A DNA stretch of 64,000 bases from the human T2T-CHM13v2.0 reference genome, Homo sapiens. Positions 41,156 to 57,800 of the stretch are shown one piece after another. The notes beneath the pieces were generated by a model. It did not search any database and had not been told where the DNA came from. It worked only from the letters and a program-made list of their open reading frames with translations. A program made the translations under genes and the position numbers. Location: the NCBI RefSeq assembly GCF_009914755.1, contig NC_060935.1; one strand, written 5' to 3'. Every line of letters begins with the position of its first letter. Position 1 is the first letter of the stretch.

Positions 41156-42602
41156 TAAAACAAATAAAATATCATTACAAAATTACTCTGAGAATTCTCA
41201 TAGGGATGTACCAATAAAATCGTTGCAACTGTAAGAAGCCGTTAATTGCTCATGTGAGTGACAAACATTGAAATGGAAAAAGATTTAACTATCAGTCAAG
41301 TGGGTGTTGGATTCATTGAGAATGAAAAATTGAATGCTAGTCTGCATGTTTGAAGCCTACCATGCTCCTTGAAGTTTGATCTGTTTAAAAATGAGAGATT
41401 TACTCAGGATCAGCTGTAGGTATGCCTTGATTTGGCTTCAGCAGTGAGAGGTACTCAGCATAAGCCTTGAATTTAGAGAGGTACTTTAGTGCTTTGAAAA
41501 GGAGAACAAAAATTGCTTTGCTTCAAAAATGAATATTTATTTTTGCTTCACTGTCTCCAATGCCCTTTACAGACTTAATTGGACTAAAGAGGTAATTGGG
41601 GATTAGGAAAAAAATATATAACTAGAATAGATGGCAGGCAAAGACTGCTTTGTTCCCTTCCTTCTTTCCTTCCTTTCTTTCTTTCAATATAGCCTTAGAA
41701 GAGATAAAGTACACCGAGGGACTTGGGACTCTGTTCATGTGTTTGTTATTAACGAGTTGAGATTTGCCGAAGGGGATTATATAGCAGCTCAAATTGTCCT
41801 TTTATCTTCTAATTTTCTTTGGTTTGGAGGTAATAGGGACAAACCTAAAGCTGACTAATCCTATTTTGGGGAAGAATCAAGAAGCATCTCATGCTCTCAA
41901 GGGTACTTCTCTCATTAATAGCAGTAACATCTCTACAGTTTATTGTGCATTCTGTGCCAGGATTTTGCCAGTGCCTTTGCATGGCATGTTGAATATGTTG
42001 GATTTAACATAATCTTCACAATCTTATGAAGTTGATATTATCATTTTCATTTTATAGGCACAAAAACTGAGGCTTCAATCTCTTTTACAATTTACTCCCA
42101 AACACTCAGCTAGTACCTGATGGACTTGTAGGCTGAAACAATTTTATCTGCATTTAAGGACCTTTATCTTAACCATTTCACAATACTGCTTCATATCTAT
42201 GCCAATAAATGTGGATTAACTGAAGTTTCCAAAGCTCATTTGTTCATATCACAAGCATTTTTATATCTGAGAGGTAGCAGTCAATAATTGTCTGCTTTTA
42301 CTTGCCTTCCTGAATGCAGGCTATTTCTAGTAATCCACATTTCTTTCTTAGACACAAGATTCCCTTTTGTCTGCTTACTATTTAATTCCTTTTTAATAAT
42401 TATTAGAAACCATCTTAAATTTTCCTTCCGGCTCTCTTGATTTCTCATTTTCTTTTTCCATCCTGTTGTTTGGGGAAGTAGATACTGGATATTTGCTTGC
42501 ATTCATTCTTTAAAGAAATATCTATTTTTCAAGACAAATATCATATTCAATGGTATTTTAAAAATATTTTACTACTAATACTTATATTAGCTGAAAGGGA
42601 AC

Positions 42603-42977
42603 GGTATTAGTCCATTCTCAGGCTGCTAATAAAGACATACCTGAGACTGGGCAAATAATAAAGGAAAGAGGTCTGATTGACCCACAGTTCAGCATGGCTG
42701 GGGAGGCTTCAGGAAACTTAAAATCATGGTGGAAGGGGAAGCAAACACGTCCTTCTTCACATGGTGGCAGAAAGAGAAGTGAGAACGAAGTAGGGGGAAA
42801 AGCCCCTTATAAAACCATCAGATCTCTTGAGAACTAACTCAGTATCACGAGAATAGAATGGGGAAAACTGCCCTCATGATTCAGTTATCTCCACCTGATC
42901 CCTCCCACAGCACATGGGGATTATGGAAACTACAGTTTCAGATGAGGTTTAGGTGGGGACACAGCCAAACCATATCA
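42603..42977 (-). mobile_element. THE1D-like solo LTR
   Basis: GTATTAGTCCATT...GGGGACACAGCCAAACCATATCA with TSD G(G/A)AAC. Confidence 0.9.
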
Positions 42978-43464
42978 GAAACTGAACAATCTTAGTCAAT
43001 ATTCCTCATTGTGAGGTTGAGAAAATAGTAATATTAAAAAACAAAATAATATGTGCAGGGTCTTAACATTAATTGAGGCAGATCTGAAATTAGAAAAAGA
43101 ATAGCCAGTCTCTGTTACTGACCTAAATATTAACAGTTTATACAGATCTTATGCCAGATATATTCTCACCTTCTGTTTTTTCTTGATATTCCATATACAT
43201 TCTCAATTTCTGTTCTTTCCCCAGAAAACTTATTTGAAGCCTTTAACCTCTACTCAAGGTTTTTACCACATCAGGTTATTTATTAGTGCAACCTGTCTCT
43301 CCATTCCACCTGCAAACTATTGACCTCTCTAACCCTGTTCTGCTTTTTTCTTTTTCCTCATAGCACTTATGATTTTTCTAGCACGCATTTTACTTTTATT
43401 TATCTCAATGCCTATCTCCTCCTCACCACCAGCATGTTTGGGCAGAAACTTTGTCCATGTTCTT

Positions 43465-43975
43465 CATCCAAGTGTTCACAGAAGCATTAATCACAATAGC
43501 CAAAAAGTGCAAACCACCCAGGTGTAGATCAACTTGTGATTGAACAAAATATGGTCTGTTCATATAATGGGATACAATCTGGCAACAAAAAGCAATGAAA
43601 TACTAACACATGCTACAACATGGATCATTTCAAAAATCTTATGCTAAGTGAAAGAAGTCAGACAAAAAAAGACCACACATTGTATGATTCTATTTATATT
43701 CAATGTTCAGAAAACAGAATGTATAGAGACAAAAGTAATCATGAATTCCTATGGATGAGAGTGGAAATGAGGATTAACTGTAAACTGGCATGAAGGGTCT
43801 TATCAGGGTAATAACAATGTTGAAGAACAGGAGTGCTGTGATGGTTGCACAATGCAGTAAATTTACTAAGCATCATTGACTAGTACACTAAAAATGGGAA
43901 AAATTATTAGATATGCATAATAATTTACATGTTATATAGTGTAACTTATGCCTCAATAAAGTTGTTCTAAAAACA
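43465..43975 (+). mobile_element. L1MB/L1ME 3' end
   Basis: CATGCTACAACATGGA...TATGCTAAGTGAAAGAAGTCAGAC...GTATGATTC...CTCAATAAAGTTG. Confidence 0.75.
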
Positions 43976-44759
43976 GGATGTTGGTAGAGATTAGTATGGA
44001 ACAGCAGCATGCCTGAACAACTGATGGTGTAGAATAGGATCCTGGAAGCACACTTTTTTATGGACTCCCATCAATGGGTGCAAACAAAAACCTGCAACCC
44101 CTGTTATTGCTCACTGAGTAAAGCCTGCTCATGAATAAGCACCAGCAGACCCTGCAGATCCCATTTCCTTTCAAAGTTTTGAAATTCAGTTACAATAATA
44201 GGTTGCAGGAAACTCTGTGTGTGTGCTGTATACTGAATTCCTTTTTCATTTTGCAAAAGATTTTTCTTGCCATTTCTAGGTGTTTTCTATGTTTAGGTTT
44301 TACTTTTGATAGGAAATCACAATGTAATCCACAATCTTCTTTGCAAACACCAGCATATATAAAAGAAGCAGCATGCAATGTCTCTCCACTTTATCCTGTG
44401 TTTTTTTTTTTTTTTTCTGGCCCTAATTCATAGAGTATCTCTTGTTCCTATTCCTATTTGTGCTCAGCTGTAAGCATTTTGATTTTTTATCTTCCTTTTC
44501 TTTTTCTGCTCCTATGGTGATAAGAGGTAAATTGGAGTGTGAAGAAATAAATTTAAGACTCAATGGTTTAGGATTTTCGCTCTTTAATGTGAATCATAAA
44601 CTCCTTAAAAAAGCTGTATTGATTGCGATGGGAGACATACAAGTGGTATCTGTTTCATTACATTAGTGATTGGCAGTATTATATTTAAGAAGTCTATGCT
44701 ATCACCCCAGAGCAGTTTTTTTCTTCTAATAATTTGTAATGGAGCATTTGCTCCATTAT

Positions 44760-46810
44760 CTATTTACCATACAATTACTTTATTAATCACCTTCTCTGTG
44801 TTGAAAACTGCTCAGGACATAAGGATATAGCAATGAAGAAAATGGACAAAAACTCTTACCCTCATAAAGACTGCATTTTAGTGAGGGTGGGTGGGTGAGG
44901 GGCTCTGCATTTAGCCCAATAGGCTAAATAGGCCAATAGGCTATTCACGACACAATCCTAATACATTTGAATAGCTCTCCTGATTGTCACACAATGTGCC
45001 AACCTTGTTAATAAACAAGCAAATGGTCAATAGATGATGATGTGGATACTTTGTATGAAGTACTCCTCTAGGAACTTGGGTTATATCAATGAACAAGACC
45101 AACAAAGATCCTGTTGTTCACAGGGCTTCCATCCAGTTAAATATTAATATTAGAACATAATTGGTTCTATAAGAAAGAATATGTAGTGTAGCTTAAGTGA
45201 GGGAAGTTCACAATATTAAATATATGGTCAGGTTAGATATTTGAACAAAGACTTGAAGAACATAGTAGAATTAGCCAAGTAGTTATCTGGGGGAAGATAA
45301 AACAAAGGCCCTAATAATGTAGATTGCCTGGCAGGCTCTGGGAACAGCAAATAGAAAGACCAGTGTTATGGAATTAGGAGGGGAGAAGTGCTAGGAGATG
45401 AGGTCAGAGTGGCATTAGGAGGCCAGGTCATAGCCTTGTAAACCTCTATAGAGACTTTGGATTTTATTCTAAATGAAGTGGGCTCGTTGATATTGATATG
45501 ATCTGACATAAATTACAACACACTCTGACTGCTATATTAAGCACAGGCTATAGAATGTCAAGGATAGAAAAAAAGAAGACATGATAGAAATCATCCAAGT
45601 CAGTTGTGATAGTGTCTTGGGCCAGAGTGGGTATACTGGAGTTGCTGAGTTGTAGAATTCTGAATAGATTTGTGGCAGGGCCAATAATATTTATTGTAAA
45701 TTGTATTTGTGGTTTTCACAAGAGAGAGAAGTCGAGAATGGCTTCCAAGCTTTGGCCCAAACATCTTTTCAGAGATGTTGGCAACAGCTGCAATAACTTT
45801 GATAGGGTACACATTTTCAAGGGAAGATATAGAGTTCAGTTTCAGACATCCAGGGGGATGGGTAGAGTAAATAGTTAGATATGTGAGTTTGAAGTTTGAG
45901 AGAGGGTTTTTGGTTGAACATAAAGGTGTTGTAGTATTTTGCAGGGTGCAGTGTCTCATGCCTGTAATCCCAGCACTTTGGGAGGCACAGTGGGTGGATC
46001 ACCTGAGGACAGGAGTTCAAGACCAGCCTGGCCACCATGGTGAAACCCAATCTTTACTAAAAATACAACAAATTAACTGGGTGTGGTGGTGGGCACCTAT
46101 AATCTCAGCTACTCAGGAGGCTGAGGTAGGAGAATTGCTTCAACCCAGGAGGCAGAGGTTGCAGTGAGCTGAGACTGTGCCTCTGCACTCCAGCATGGGT
46201 GAAAGAGTGAGACTCCATCTCAAAAAAAAAAAAAAAAAAGATGCTGTAGTATTTTACAAGGTGGTACATGCAATGAAGAAAAATAAACGAGAGAAAGAAG
46301 ATAGGGAATTGTGTGTATAATGGACAGAAGGTTGCAATTTTAAATTGGGACTCACTCAGAAGACAACAGTTGAGAACAACCACCACAACGACAAAACTAA
46401 AGTAGGTGAGAGAGTCAGCCACCTAGATATAAGTTGGAAGAATATTCCAGAAGATAGGAGTAAGATGATACAAAAGCTATGTATTGGAAGCTATGAAAGA
46501 GATTAATAGGAGGTAAAGGTCAGAAAGGTAATTGTGGCCCAGATCACTTGGTGCTTTGTAATCTATTGCAAGGACTTAGGATCTACATTGAGTTAATGGG
46601 AAGATATTGCAGTGTTTTGAGAACATCTCTGGTTAAGCCAACTGAAAATTATAATGGTCACTTTGGACTGTGTGTTGACTGTGGACTGAGGATGGCAAGG
46701 GTACAAGAGAACGGTTAGGGAGCTAATGCAACAAACCAAAAAAAGATGATGTTGTCTTTTACAAGGTTGGTAGCCCTGTAGGTGCTGATAGGTGTTTGGC
46801 TGTAGATATA
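44760..46810 (-). mobile_element. L2 fragments (antisense), interrupted by an Alu
   Basis: TTTGAACAAAGACTTGAAG, GGAGATGAGGTCAGAG, GACTTTGGATTTTATTCT and GGGAAGATATTGCAG are antisense L2 motifs. Confidence 0.65.
45941..46239 (+). mobile_element. AluS SINE
   Basis: Full Alu with poly-A tail and TSD AAAG(G/A)TG(T/C)TGTAGTATTTT (45922-45940 / 46237-46255). Confidence 0.95.
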
Positions 46811-46911
46811 TTTTTAAAGCTGGAGTCTATTCATAAAAAGAAGAAAAAAGGCAAGCTACGTGCATTTGACCAAAACAGGAAATTCAGGAGAACTTTAAAA
46901 TTTCTGTTTAA

Positions 46912-49498
<2,587 letters not shown>

Positions 49499-51459
49499 TC
49501 AAAAAGAATACTTGAGTGATCTAGGCTCCTAATTTTGCAGGGAAGAAAAGCTACGAAGGCATGCAATTCAAGGGATGTGAGAAATAGGTTATTAGAAAAT
49601 GCCATCAAAAAGATAAAAGAGCTTTCATTTGAATTAGGATAAGAGGGCATCTGCTCAAACAAGAGGAGCCAAAGTTTTCATAACTACCTGTTAAAATTCT
49701 ACCCACCCATGAGGACATTTTGTAAGAATTCTGGAAGATTAGGTAAGATTTTAAATAGGTGAATACGGGATTCCACTTTATTACGCTTTAAATTGAAGAC
49801 ATAGAAGAGTAATGGAAGACATCAAAAGCAAAAAATCAAGGCCTTCAAATTGTGGATAGCTGATTTTTTTATTTGCTCTTCTATATAGCCCTATTCACTA
49901 ACCATCAACCATTCTTCCTTCTTAAACTCAGTGATACCAATATCACCCAGCCAACTGCCCTCAGTACTTCATAAGCATTCTACTCAACAAACTCCTCACC
50001 AACCTTCACCATCTCTATCTCTTCCATCATCAACTTCTATTTTTTAAATATGTCCCTGTGTTCATTAATTCATTAGAAATGTATTTACCGTAATCTATGT
50101 GCCAAGCTCTGGGGGGGTAAGGTCTAACTGTAAGAAGAAATAAAATAAGAAAATCCTGATTTCATTAAACTTTCCTCCCTTCCTGCGAAGACGCTTTTGG
50201 TTTAGGCCCTCATTATATTTCTCCTGTAAACTAGTTTTTAATTGATCTTCCTTCTCCTATTCTCTCCAATCTGTTCCTGTTCTGGCATCAGAGTGACAGT
50301 GCTCTCTATATAAAATATAAACCTGATCACATTACACCCTTGATTTATTTTAGCACTTAAAAAAATTGTAAATAATACAAATAACTCAAGTTGTCCAAAC
50401 AAAAATGGGAATTGTTTGATATGCACAACTGAAGGTTGCAAGGATATTTTAGGCTTTAAGAAAAGCCTATCTGAATCTTCGAATGACATAGTAGGACTCA
50501 GTCTCTTGCCATTCTTAGCTTTGTTCTGCAACATGCTGGCTTCATTACTAGACAGGCTCTGTCAGATAGCACTGTGTCTGAGGCTTTCTTATTACTGCAA
50601 CTTTTATTGAATCAATAAATCTGTAGTAAAGGAATGATGCAACTTTCTACTTCATCTTACAAGCAGTGATGGTAAGATCTAATTTTCAGTTTTTCTTTTT
50701 TTTTGATGAAATACTCTGATGTTTGTGGAGAGACAAAATTGCCCTGGATACTACTAACAATAAATCTCATTTATGGTTCCCTAAGTTTTTATCTATTATT
50801 TCCCAGGGTTTAGATACAAAATATTTTCCTGTTGCTGTGACAGAGTTGTCAAAGGTTAGAAAGGGTCTTTATTCAAATAGCTTCAATAAATGGAAAGAGA
50901 TTTCCCTAAAGCCCTTTTGCTGATGTAAAAACATAGAGTGCTATTTGGCTAGGTAAAAATTGTGATCCATCTTCTCGCTGATCTAAAAAGCTATTAAAGA
51001 AAGGACCAAATACAAACCATTATTACAAGTTTCCTTTACAAAGGACCAATTTCTGGCCATATAGTAAAAGAAAGTCAATGCTATCTTTGCTCCCCACCTT
51101 CCCCACCTTGAAGGAATTGGGGAGGGTGGAGAAATGAAGGTCTGAGGAAAGGAGAGAAGAGATAGTAGAAAGAAGAGCCTGGGTAGAGAGAGGGTTATAG
51201 GAGAGGAGCTACAAGCTTGCTGTAAATATACAGGTTACCAAGGTGTTTTTTTAAATCTAGGTAACAGAATGTGATATAGACATAGGTACAGATATTAGAT
51301 ATCTATTTCACCATCCTGGTTTTTTGAACTTGGAGCCCATAGACATTAAGAAGCAATGCAATGTCACATAGCAAGTGATAGTAAAAGTCCCTGACTTCTC
51401 CTCTGAAAGCCTTTCTATTGCTATTTTTGTGTATTCACTCATGAATTACATTGCACTTC

Positions 51460-51718
51460 TTTCTTTTTATTTATTTAGTTTTTAATTATACTTTAAGTTC
51501 TAGGGTACATGTGTACAACGTGTAGGTTTGTTACATAGGTTTATATGTGCCATGTTGGTTTGCTGCACCCATCAATTCATCATTTACATTAGGTATTTCT
51601 CCTAATGCTATCCCTCCCCCAGCCCGCAACCCCCAACAGGTCCCAGTGTGTGATGTTCCCCTGCCCTGTGTCCATGTGTTCTCGTTGTTCAACTCCCACC
51701 TATGAGTGAGAACATATG
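51460..51718 (-). mobile_element. L1PA7-like 3'UTR-only insertion
   Basis: CATTTACATTAGGTATTTCTCCTAATGC motif and TSD TTGCACTTC (51451-51459 / 51719-51727). Confidence 0.9.
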
Positions 51719-52220
51719 TTGCACTTCCTTATAAAAGAATACGGAGTGACAGTCAGTAAAACATCCCTGAACAAAATAAATGTTAAAATAGAATAGAGGA
51801 ATTCTATTTGAGGAACTACATGGTCTAGAACATTTTAGCCATCGATACTTCATATTCCATGTGACACCAGCTTAACACTTCCAAGGGTATCTTAGACTGC
51901 TGGTAAAAGGTTATAGAGGTCTTGCTCCAGAGGATTGAATAGCTCTGAGAAGGTGGAGGGTGTTTGAGGTTAATGCACAGTATTCACCACATCCTTTCAC
52001 ATCTTTGCCTAAAGTGACATGCTAACTTACCATGACAAACTGCAAAGAGCCATTTTCTATAAATGAAATGTCCTGTCTTCCTTTTCCTGGGTGTGTGTGT
52101 GTGTGTGAGAGAGAGAAAGCGTCTGTGTATACAGTTTTAACTATTCCTACTTCAAATCTGAATTAAAAATAGAAAACATTATAACATGATTGAAAAAGAT
52201 AATGCTGGAACCATACAAGA

Positions 52221-52619
52221 TGATAAAAGAAAAACTTCAGCCAAATTAAATTTAAAGAAGTTTAATTGAGCAATAAACAATTTGTGAGTCTGGCAGCCTT
52301 CTGAGCCAGGGGAGGCTCAGAGACTCCAGTGCAGCCATATTGTGAAAGAAGATTTATGGACAGAAAAAGGGAAATGACATACAGAAAACGGAAGTGAGGT
52401 ACAGAAACAACTGGATTGGTTACAGCTCGGCATTTGCCTTATTTGAACATGGTTTGAACAGTTGGCTATATTTGATTGGTCAAAACTCAGTGATTGGCAC
52501 AAGTATAGGCCACAGACTGTTTACAGCTTCACTTGTTATAATTCACAATGTACAGAAAAACCTTTTGACTGAACTTAAAATATGTAAGGAGGCAGCTTTA
52601 CTCTAAACTTGATTAAACA
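52221..52619 (-). mobile_element. MER57B-like (ERV1) solo LTR
   Basis: AAAAGAAAAACTTCAGCCAAATTAAATTTAAAG start, CAGAAAACGGAAGTGAGGTACAG internally, AAAATATGTAAGGAGGCAGCTTTA near the end, with TG/CA termini. Confidence 0.85.
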
Positions 52620-53699
52620 AAGGTCGTGGCTCTATGAGATGAAAGTAAAATGTGAGTTTGGATAAATTCCTTTGATTTTGGGATCTCAGTTTCTCTAGAA
52701 GCACCATAGGGAACTAGAGGCGATAATAATCACTTAGGTCATTTTTCTTCCAATTTTGAAAGCCCTAAGAGCATAAAGTCAGCAAACAATGCACATATAA
52801 GCCATGCTGCACATCTGCTCTGCCCAGGCCCTTGGTATTCTTTGGACTCACCTCTCTTTGATCACTGATGCTGGTGTGATCTTTTCTTTAATCACATCTT
52901 TCATTTGCTCTTCGGAAGTGTGTGCTTTGCTTTGGTTCCTACCTTACCCTCTGCTTTTCCTAGCCGTTGGAATAAAACATTAGCTTCATTTTTTTAGCTC
53001 TTTCTTAATTTTATGACAGTAAATTGCAATTGATATTATTTTTGTAGCTTTCTTTAAACATATAATACAGCTGCCAAACTTATCTTGACCTATTTTCATC
53101 ACCCTTTGCTCTTGTTCTTCCTACAATTCTTTTGAGTGCTTTACCCTCCTTCTGTATAACTTCAGCCTTCACTCCTCTCTGCTCCACCTTCTGCTTTCTT
53201 CTTGTTTCATCCTCCAGATTCTCTCACAAAGTAAAATGCCCTGTTTATTTTTGCCCAAGAGTTAATAGTACATTAAGTATTAAGAAAATTTCCTGGGTTA
53301 TCACTCTAGCCTTTGTAATGTAAATACATCTCTCCAAGAGGCAGAAAATCTCTGGTGTCCCTGGCTTTGCGATCTAGAGATGTTTCCAAATTCTAGATTC
53401 TTATTTTACTTTGAAAGGCAAACATATACTTCTGGAGTTAGGTAAATCTCTCTGGAGTTCTTGCACTATCTTGACAGTAGTAAAATTATTAGGTAGAATG
53501 GTAATTGTACGTTTAGTTTTATAAAAAACTGCTAAACAGTTTTCCAAAGTGGCTGTACCATTTTGTATTCCATTTATTTTTGTAAAATATTTTAACCATA
53601 AGTAGTTTAAACTGCTGTCTCCAAATCACATCTTACCACATATTTCTCTTGAGGACCAATGGACCAGCTGTAAGAAATTTTGTGATCTGGCTAAGGGAT

Positions 53700-54456
53700 A
53701 GTGAATGAAAGATATCTTTGAATAAAGTTTAGTGAAATGCAATTATGTAACTCAAAATCATAGCCATACGTTTTAGGAATTTTTGGCGTAAGAATGTCCA
53801 GAAATACACTGTTGTTCTAGAGCAACTCAACTGGTGGGTTAAAATGAAGGTGCCTGATATGATCACTTTCTACCCAGTGGAAGTATGTGTGTAGCAGAAC
53901 AGAAACAAGGTTTGATATGTAAAGAGCCAAGAGTTCCTTTTCTAAAGATCTTTGCAGAGATTTGCAAACATCTCACATATTTAAGACACTTTTTATAAAA
54001 GACTTTCCAAATTTGACAACATGTCTAAAATTTTATGGGACTCCAAATATTTGAGTTATATAATGATTTGAGAAGATGAATCATACTTTTATATATATCA
54101 AAATACAAAAACAATTTCGACCAACTATGCTACATAAAACATTAATTTTTCTTTTATTATCACCACAGGAAAGAAAACAGAATTTGTACTCATATCAGAA
54201 GGCAATCAAAGAACATACACATAATATACATTCTATTATAGAGGTATGACATATAGATAATTAATAAAAATGTTATTTTTTGAGTTTCTCTTATTAGTTT
54301 GCTTTTTAAAATTATAATGTGTTGTAAGCTACTTTTTCTTTCTAAATGTATATTAACTTATATGCTGAATTTTGTTTATAATTTTTGATTCTCTTTTTTA
54401 AAATAGCCCCCAAGCTGTATGAACTTTAGACCCCACATAACCTGAATCCAACCCTG
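53700..54456 (+). mobile_element. hAT-Tip100 (Arthur1-like) DNA transposon 3' part
   Basis: Remnant of the hAT dimerisation domain (FPNLTTCLKF at 54004; FRPTML further on) and terminus AGACCCCACATAACCTGAATCCAACCCTG. The left boundary is uncertain. Confidence 0.6.
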
Positions 54457-54700
54457 CTTATAATGTCCAAGTTGTAAGGAATCAATACTTATTAAATGTT
54501 GACAAATAAAGGGAAATAATTAGGTAAGCATACTAATTACTCTAGATTCACTTAGAGATGCTAGCATCCCAAAATACCTCAGAACACATAAACACTCCCA
54601 CTTCACACAATTTAGAATGCAAATGCCTGGAGTTTGTACATTTATAAGAAACAGTATTATTACTGTTAGCTAATGTAAATTGCTTGTAATAATTAGTATT

Positions 54701-55154
54701 TTTCATGCGTGTCCGTGTGAAGAGACCACCAAACAGGCTTTGTGTGAGCAACATGGCTGTTTATTTTACCTGGGTGCAGGTGGGCTGAGTCCGAAAAGAG
54801 TCAGTGAAGGGAGATAAGGGTGGGGCCGTTTTATAGGATTTGGGTAGGTAAAGCAAAATTACAGTCAAAAGGGGGTTTGTTCTCTGGCGGGCAGGAGTGG
54901 GGGTCGCAAGATGCTCAGTGGGGGTGCTTTTTGAGCCAGGATGAGCCAGGAAAAGGACTTTCACAAGGTAATGTCATCACTTAAGGCAAGGACCGGCCAT
55001 TTACACTTCTTTTGTGGTGGAATATCATCAGTTAAGGTGGGGCAGGGCATATTCACTTCTTTTGTGATTCTTCAGTTACTTCAGGCCATCTGGGCATATA
55101 TACGTGCAAGTGACAGGGGATGCGATGTCTTGGCTTGGGCTCAGAGGCCTGACA
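54701..55154 (-). mobile_element. HERV-H 3' LTR (LTR7)
   Basis: Sense strand reads TGTCAGGCCTCTGAGCCCAAG...CATGAAA with AATAAA at 54760-54765; preceded by the PPT AAGAAGGCAGGAA (55155-55167). Confidence 0.97.
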
Positions 55155-55199
55155 TTCCTGCCTTCTTATATTAATAAGAAAAATAAAACAAAATAGTGT

Positions 55200-55560
55200 T
55201 GAAGTGTTGGGGCGGCGAAAATTTTTGGGGGGTGGTATGGAGAGAGAATGGGCGATGTTTCTCAGGGCTGCTTCAAGCGGGATTAGGGGCGGCGTGGGAA
55301 CTTAGAGTGGGAGAGATTAAGCTGAAGGGAGGTCTTGTGGTAAGGGGTGATATTGTGGGTTGTTAGAAGAAACATTTGTTGTGTAGAATTATTGGTAATG
55401 GCCTGGATACGGTTTTGTATGAACTGAAAAACTAAACGGAATAAGAGAAGGAGAAAAACAGGTATAAAAGGTCTAAGAATTGAGAGGACCGAGGACATCT
55501 GATTAGAGAGTGCCTAAGGAGGTTCAGCATAGTCCTGCCAGCAAAGATTATTGATTTACT
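55200..55560 (-). pseudogene. HERV-H env C-terminal (TM) remnant
   Basis: ORF 55283-55498 (LRPFIPVFLLLLFR...FIQNRIQAITN) resembles the env TM tail; most of env is deleted. Confidence 0.75.
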
Positions 55561-56989
55561 TCAAGAGTTTAGAGTGGCAGTTTGGGGATAGCACGAGGAG
55601 ATATCAGCTGTGATGGCTTGGAGAAACAGTGTAAACCGGCAGTGTAAACAACAGCAGGGCATGTATGAGTAGTTGAGAATGGAGAATAGGCGTATGACTA
55701 GACAGAAAATAGTAGGGATGACGTGTTTTTTTGGGGCACAGTCCAAGTTGGTCTGGTGTCTGGAATGAGACTGGGGCCTAATAAAAAGGAGCTCAAATGG
55801 GCTGTACCTTGTAGCAGTCTGAGGACAGGCCTGAATTCTGAGAAGCCAAAGTGGTAAAAGTATTGTCCAGTCCTTTTTAAGTTGGTGGCTGAGCTTGGTG
55901 AGGTGTGTTTTTAAAAGACCTTTAGTCCATTCTACTTTTCTTGAAGATGGAGGACCGTAAGGGATATAAAGGTTTCACTGAATACTAAGAGCCTGAAAAA
56001 CTGTTTGGCTGATTTGACTAATAAAGGCTGATCTGTTATCAAACTGTATAGAGGTGGGAAGGCTAAACTGAGGAATTATGTCTGACAGAAGGGAAGAAGT
56101 GACTGCAGTGGCCTTCTCAGACCCTGTAGGAAAGGCCTTTACTTAATCAGTGAAAGTGTCTATTTAGATTAAGAGGTATTTTAGTTTCCTGACTCAGGGC
56201 ATGTTGAGTAAAGCTAATTTGCCAGTCCTGGGTGGGGGGCAAATCCTCGAGCTTGATGTGTAGGGAAGGGAGGGGGCCTGAATAATCCCTGAGGAGTAGT
56301 AGAATAGCAGATGGAACACTGAGAAGTTATTTCCTTGAGGATAGATTTCCACGATGGAAAGGAAATGAGAGGTTCTGAGAGGCGGGCTAGTGGCTTGTAC
56401 TATAGCATAGCCTGCCTTTGCTGGTGTGTGGTGATTAGGCCTGGTGGAACTGCCATCAATAAATCAAGCGTGATCAGGGTGAGGAACAGGAAAGAAGGAA
56501 ATATGGGGAAATGGGGTGAATATCAGGTGGATCAGAGAGATACAGTCATGGGGGTCAGGTGTGGTATCAGGAATAATGTGGGAGGCCGGATTGAAGTCCG
56601 GGCCAGGAACAATGGTAATTGTGGGACTTAACAAAGAGTGAGTACAGCTGAAGGAGCCAGGGAGCAGAAAGTATATGCATCAGGTATGAGGAAGAAAATA
56701 GATTTTGGAAGTTATGAGAAACGTAGAGAGTGAGTTGACATAGCTTGTGATTTTGAGGGCCTCTAAAAGTATTAAAGCAGCGGCAGCCGCTGCACGCAGA
56801 GATGAGGGCTAGGCTAAAACAGTAAGGTCAAGTTGTTTGGACAGAAAGGCTACAGGGTGTGGTCTTGGCTCTTGTGTAAGAATTCTGACTGCACTAACCA
56901 TGCCTAGGAAGGAAAGGAGTTGTTGTTTTGTAAGGGATTGAGGTTTGGGAGATTAATCCGACACGATCAGCAGGGAGAGCATGTGTGTT

Positions 56990-57800
56990 TTTATGAGAAT
57001 TATGCCGAGATAGGTAACAGATGAGGAAGAAATTTGGGCTTGACTGAAGTAATGGGGGCTGTCTGGGAAGCTTTGCGGCAGTACAGCCTAGGTAATTTGC
57101 TGAGCTTGATGGATGTCAGGGTCAGTCCAAGTGAAAGCGAAGAGAGGCTGGGATTAAGGGGGCAAGGGAACAGTAAAGAAAGCATGTTTGAGATCCAGAA
57201 CAGAGTAATGGGTAGTAGAGGGAGGTATTGAGGATAGGAGAGTATATGGGTTTGGCACCATGGGGTGGATAGGCAAAACAATTTGGTTGATAAGGCGCAG
57301 ATCCTGAACTAACTTGTAAGGCTTGTCTGGTTTTAGGACAGGTAAAATGGGGGAATTGTAAGGAGAGTTTATAGGCTTTAAAAGGCCACGCTGTAGCAGG
57401 CGAGTGATAACAGGCTTTAATCTTTTTAAAGCGTGCTTCAGGGTGGGATATTGGCGTTGACTGGGGTAAGGGTGATTAGGTTTTAATGAGATGGTAAGGG
57501 GTACATGAACGATTGCCAAGGAGGGAGTAGAGGTATCCTATACTTGTGGGTTAAGGTGGGGGGATACAAGAGGGAGGATGCAAAGGAGGCTTTGGATTGG
57601 GAAGAAGGACAGCAATGAGATGCAGCTGTAGTCCAGGAATAGTCAGGGAAGCAGATAATTTGGTTAAAATATCTCGCCCTAATAAGGGAACTGGGCAGGT
57701 GGGGATAACTAAAAAGGAGTGCTTAAAAGAGTATTGTCTAAATTGGCACCAGAGTTGGGGAGTTTTAAGAGGTTTAGAAGCCTGGCCATCAATACCTACA
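56990..57800 (-). pseudogene. HERV-H pro/pol remnant (RT N-terminal part)
   Basis: ORF 57154-57519 (SPYNSPILPVLKPDKPYKLVQDLRLINQ...HYSVLDLKHAFF) is gammaretrovirus-like RT; frameshifted. Confidence 0.92.
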
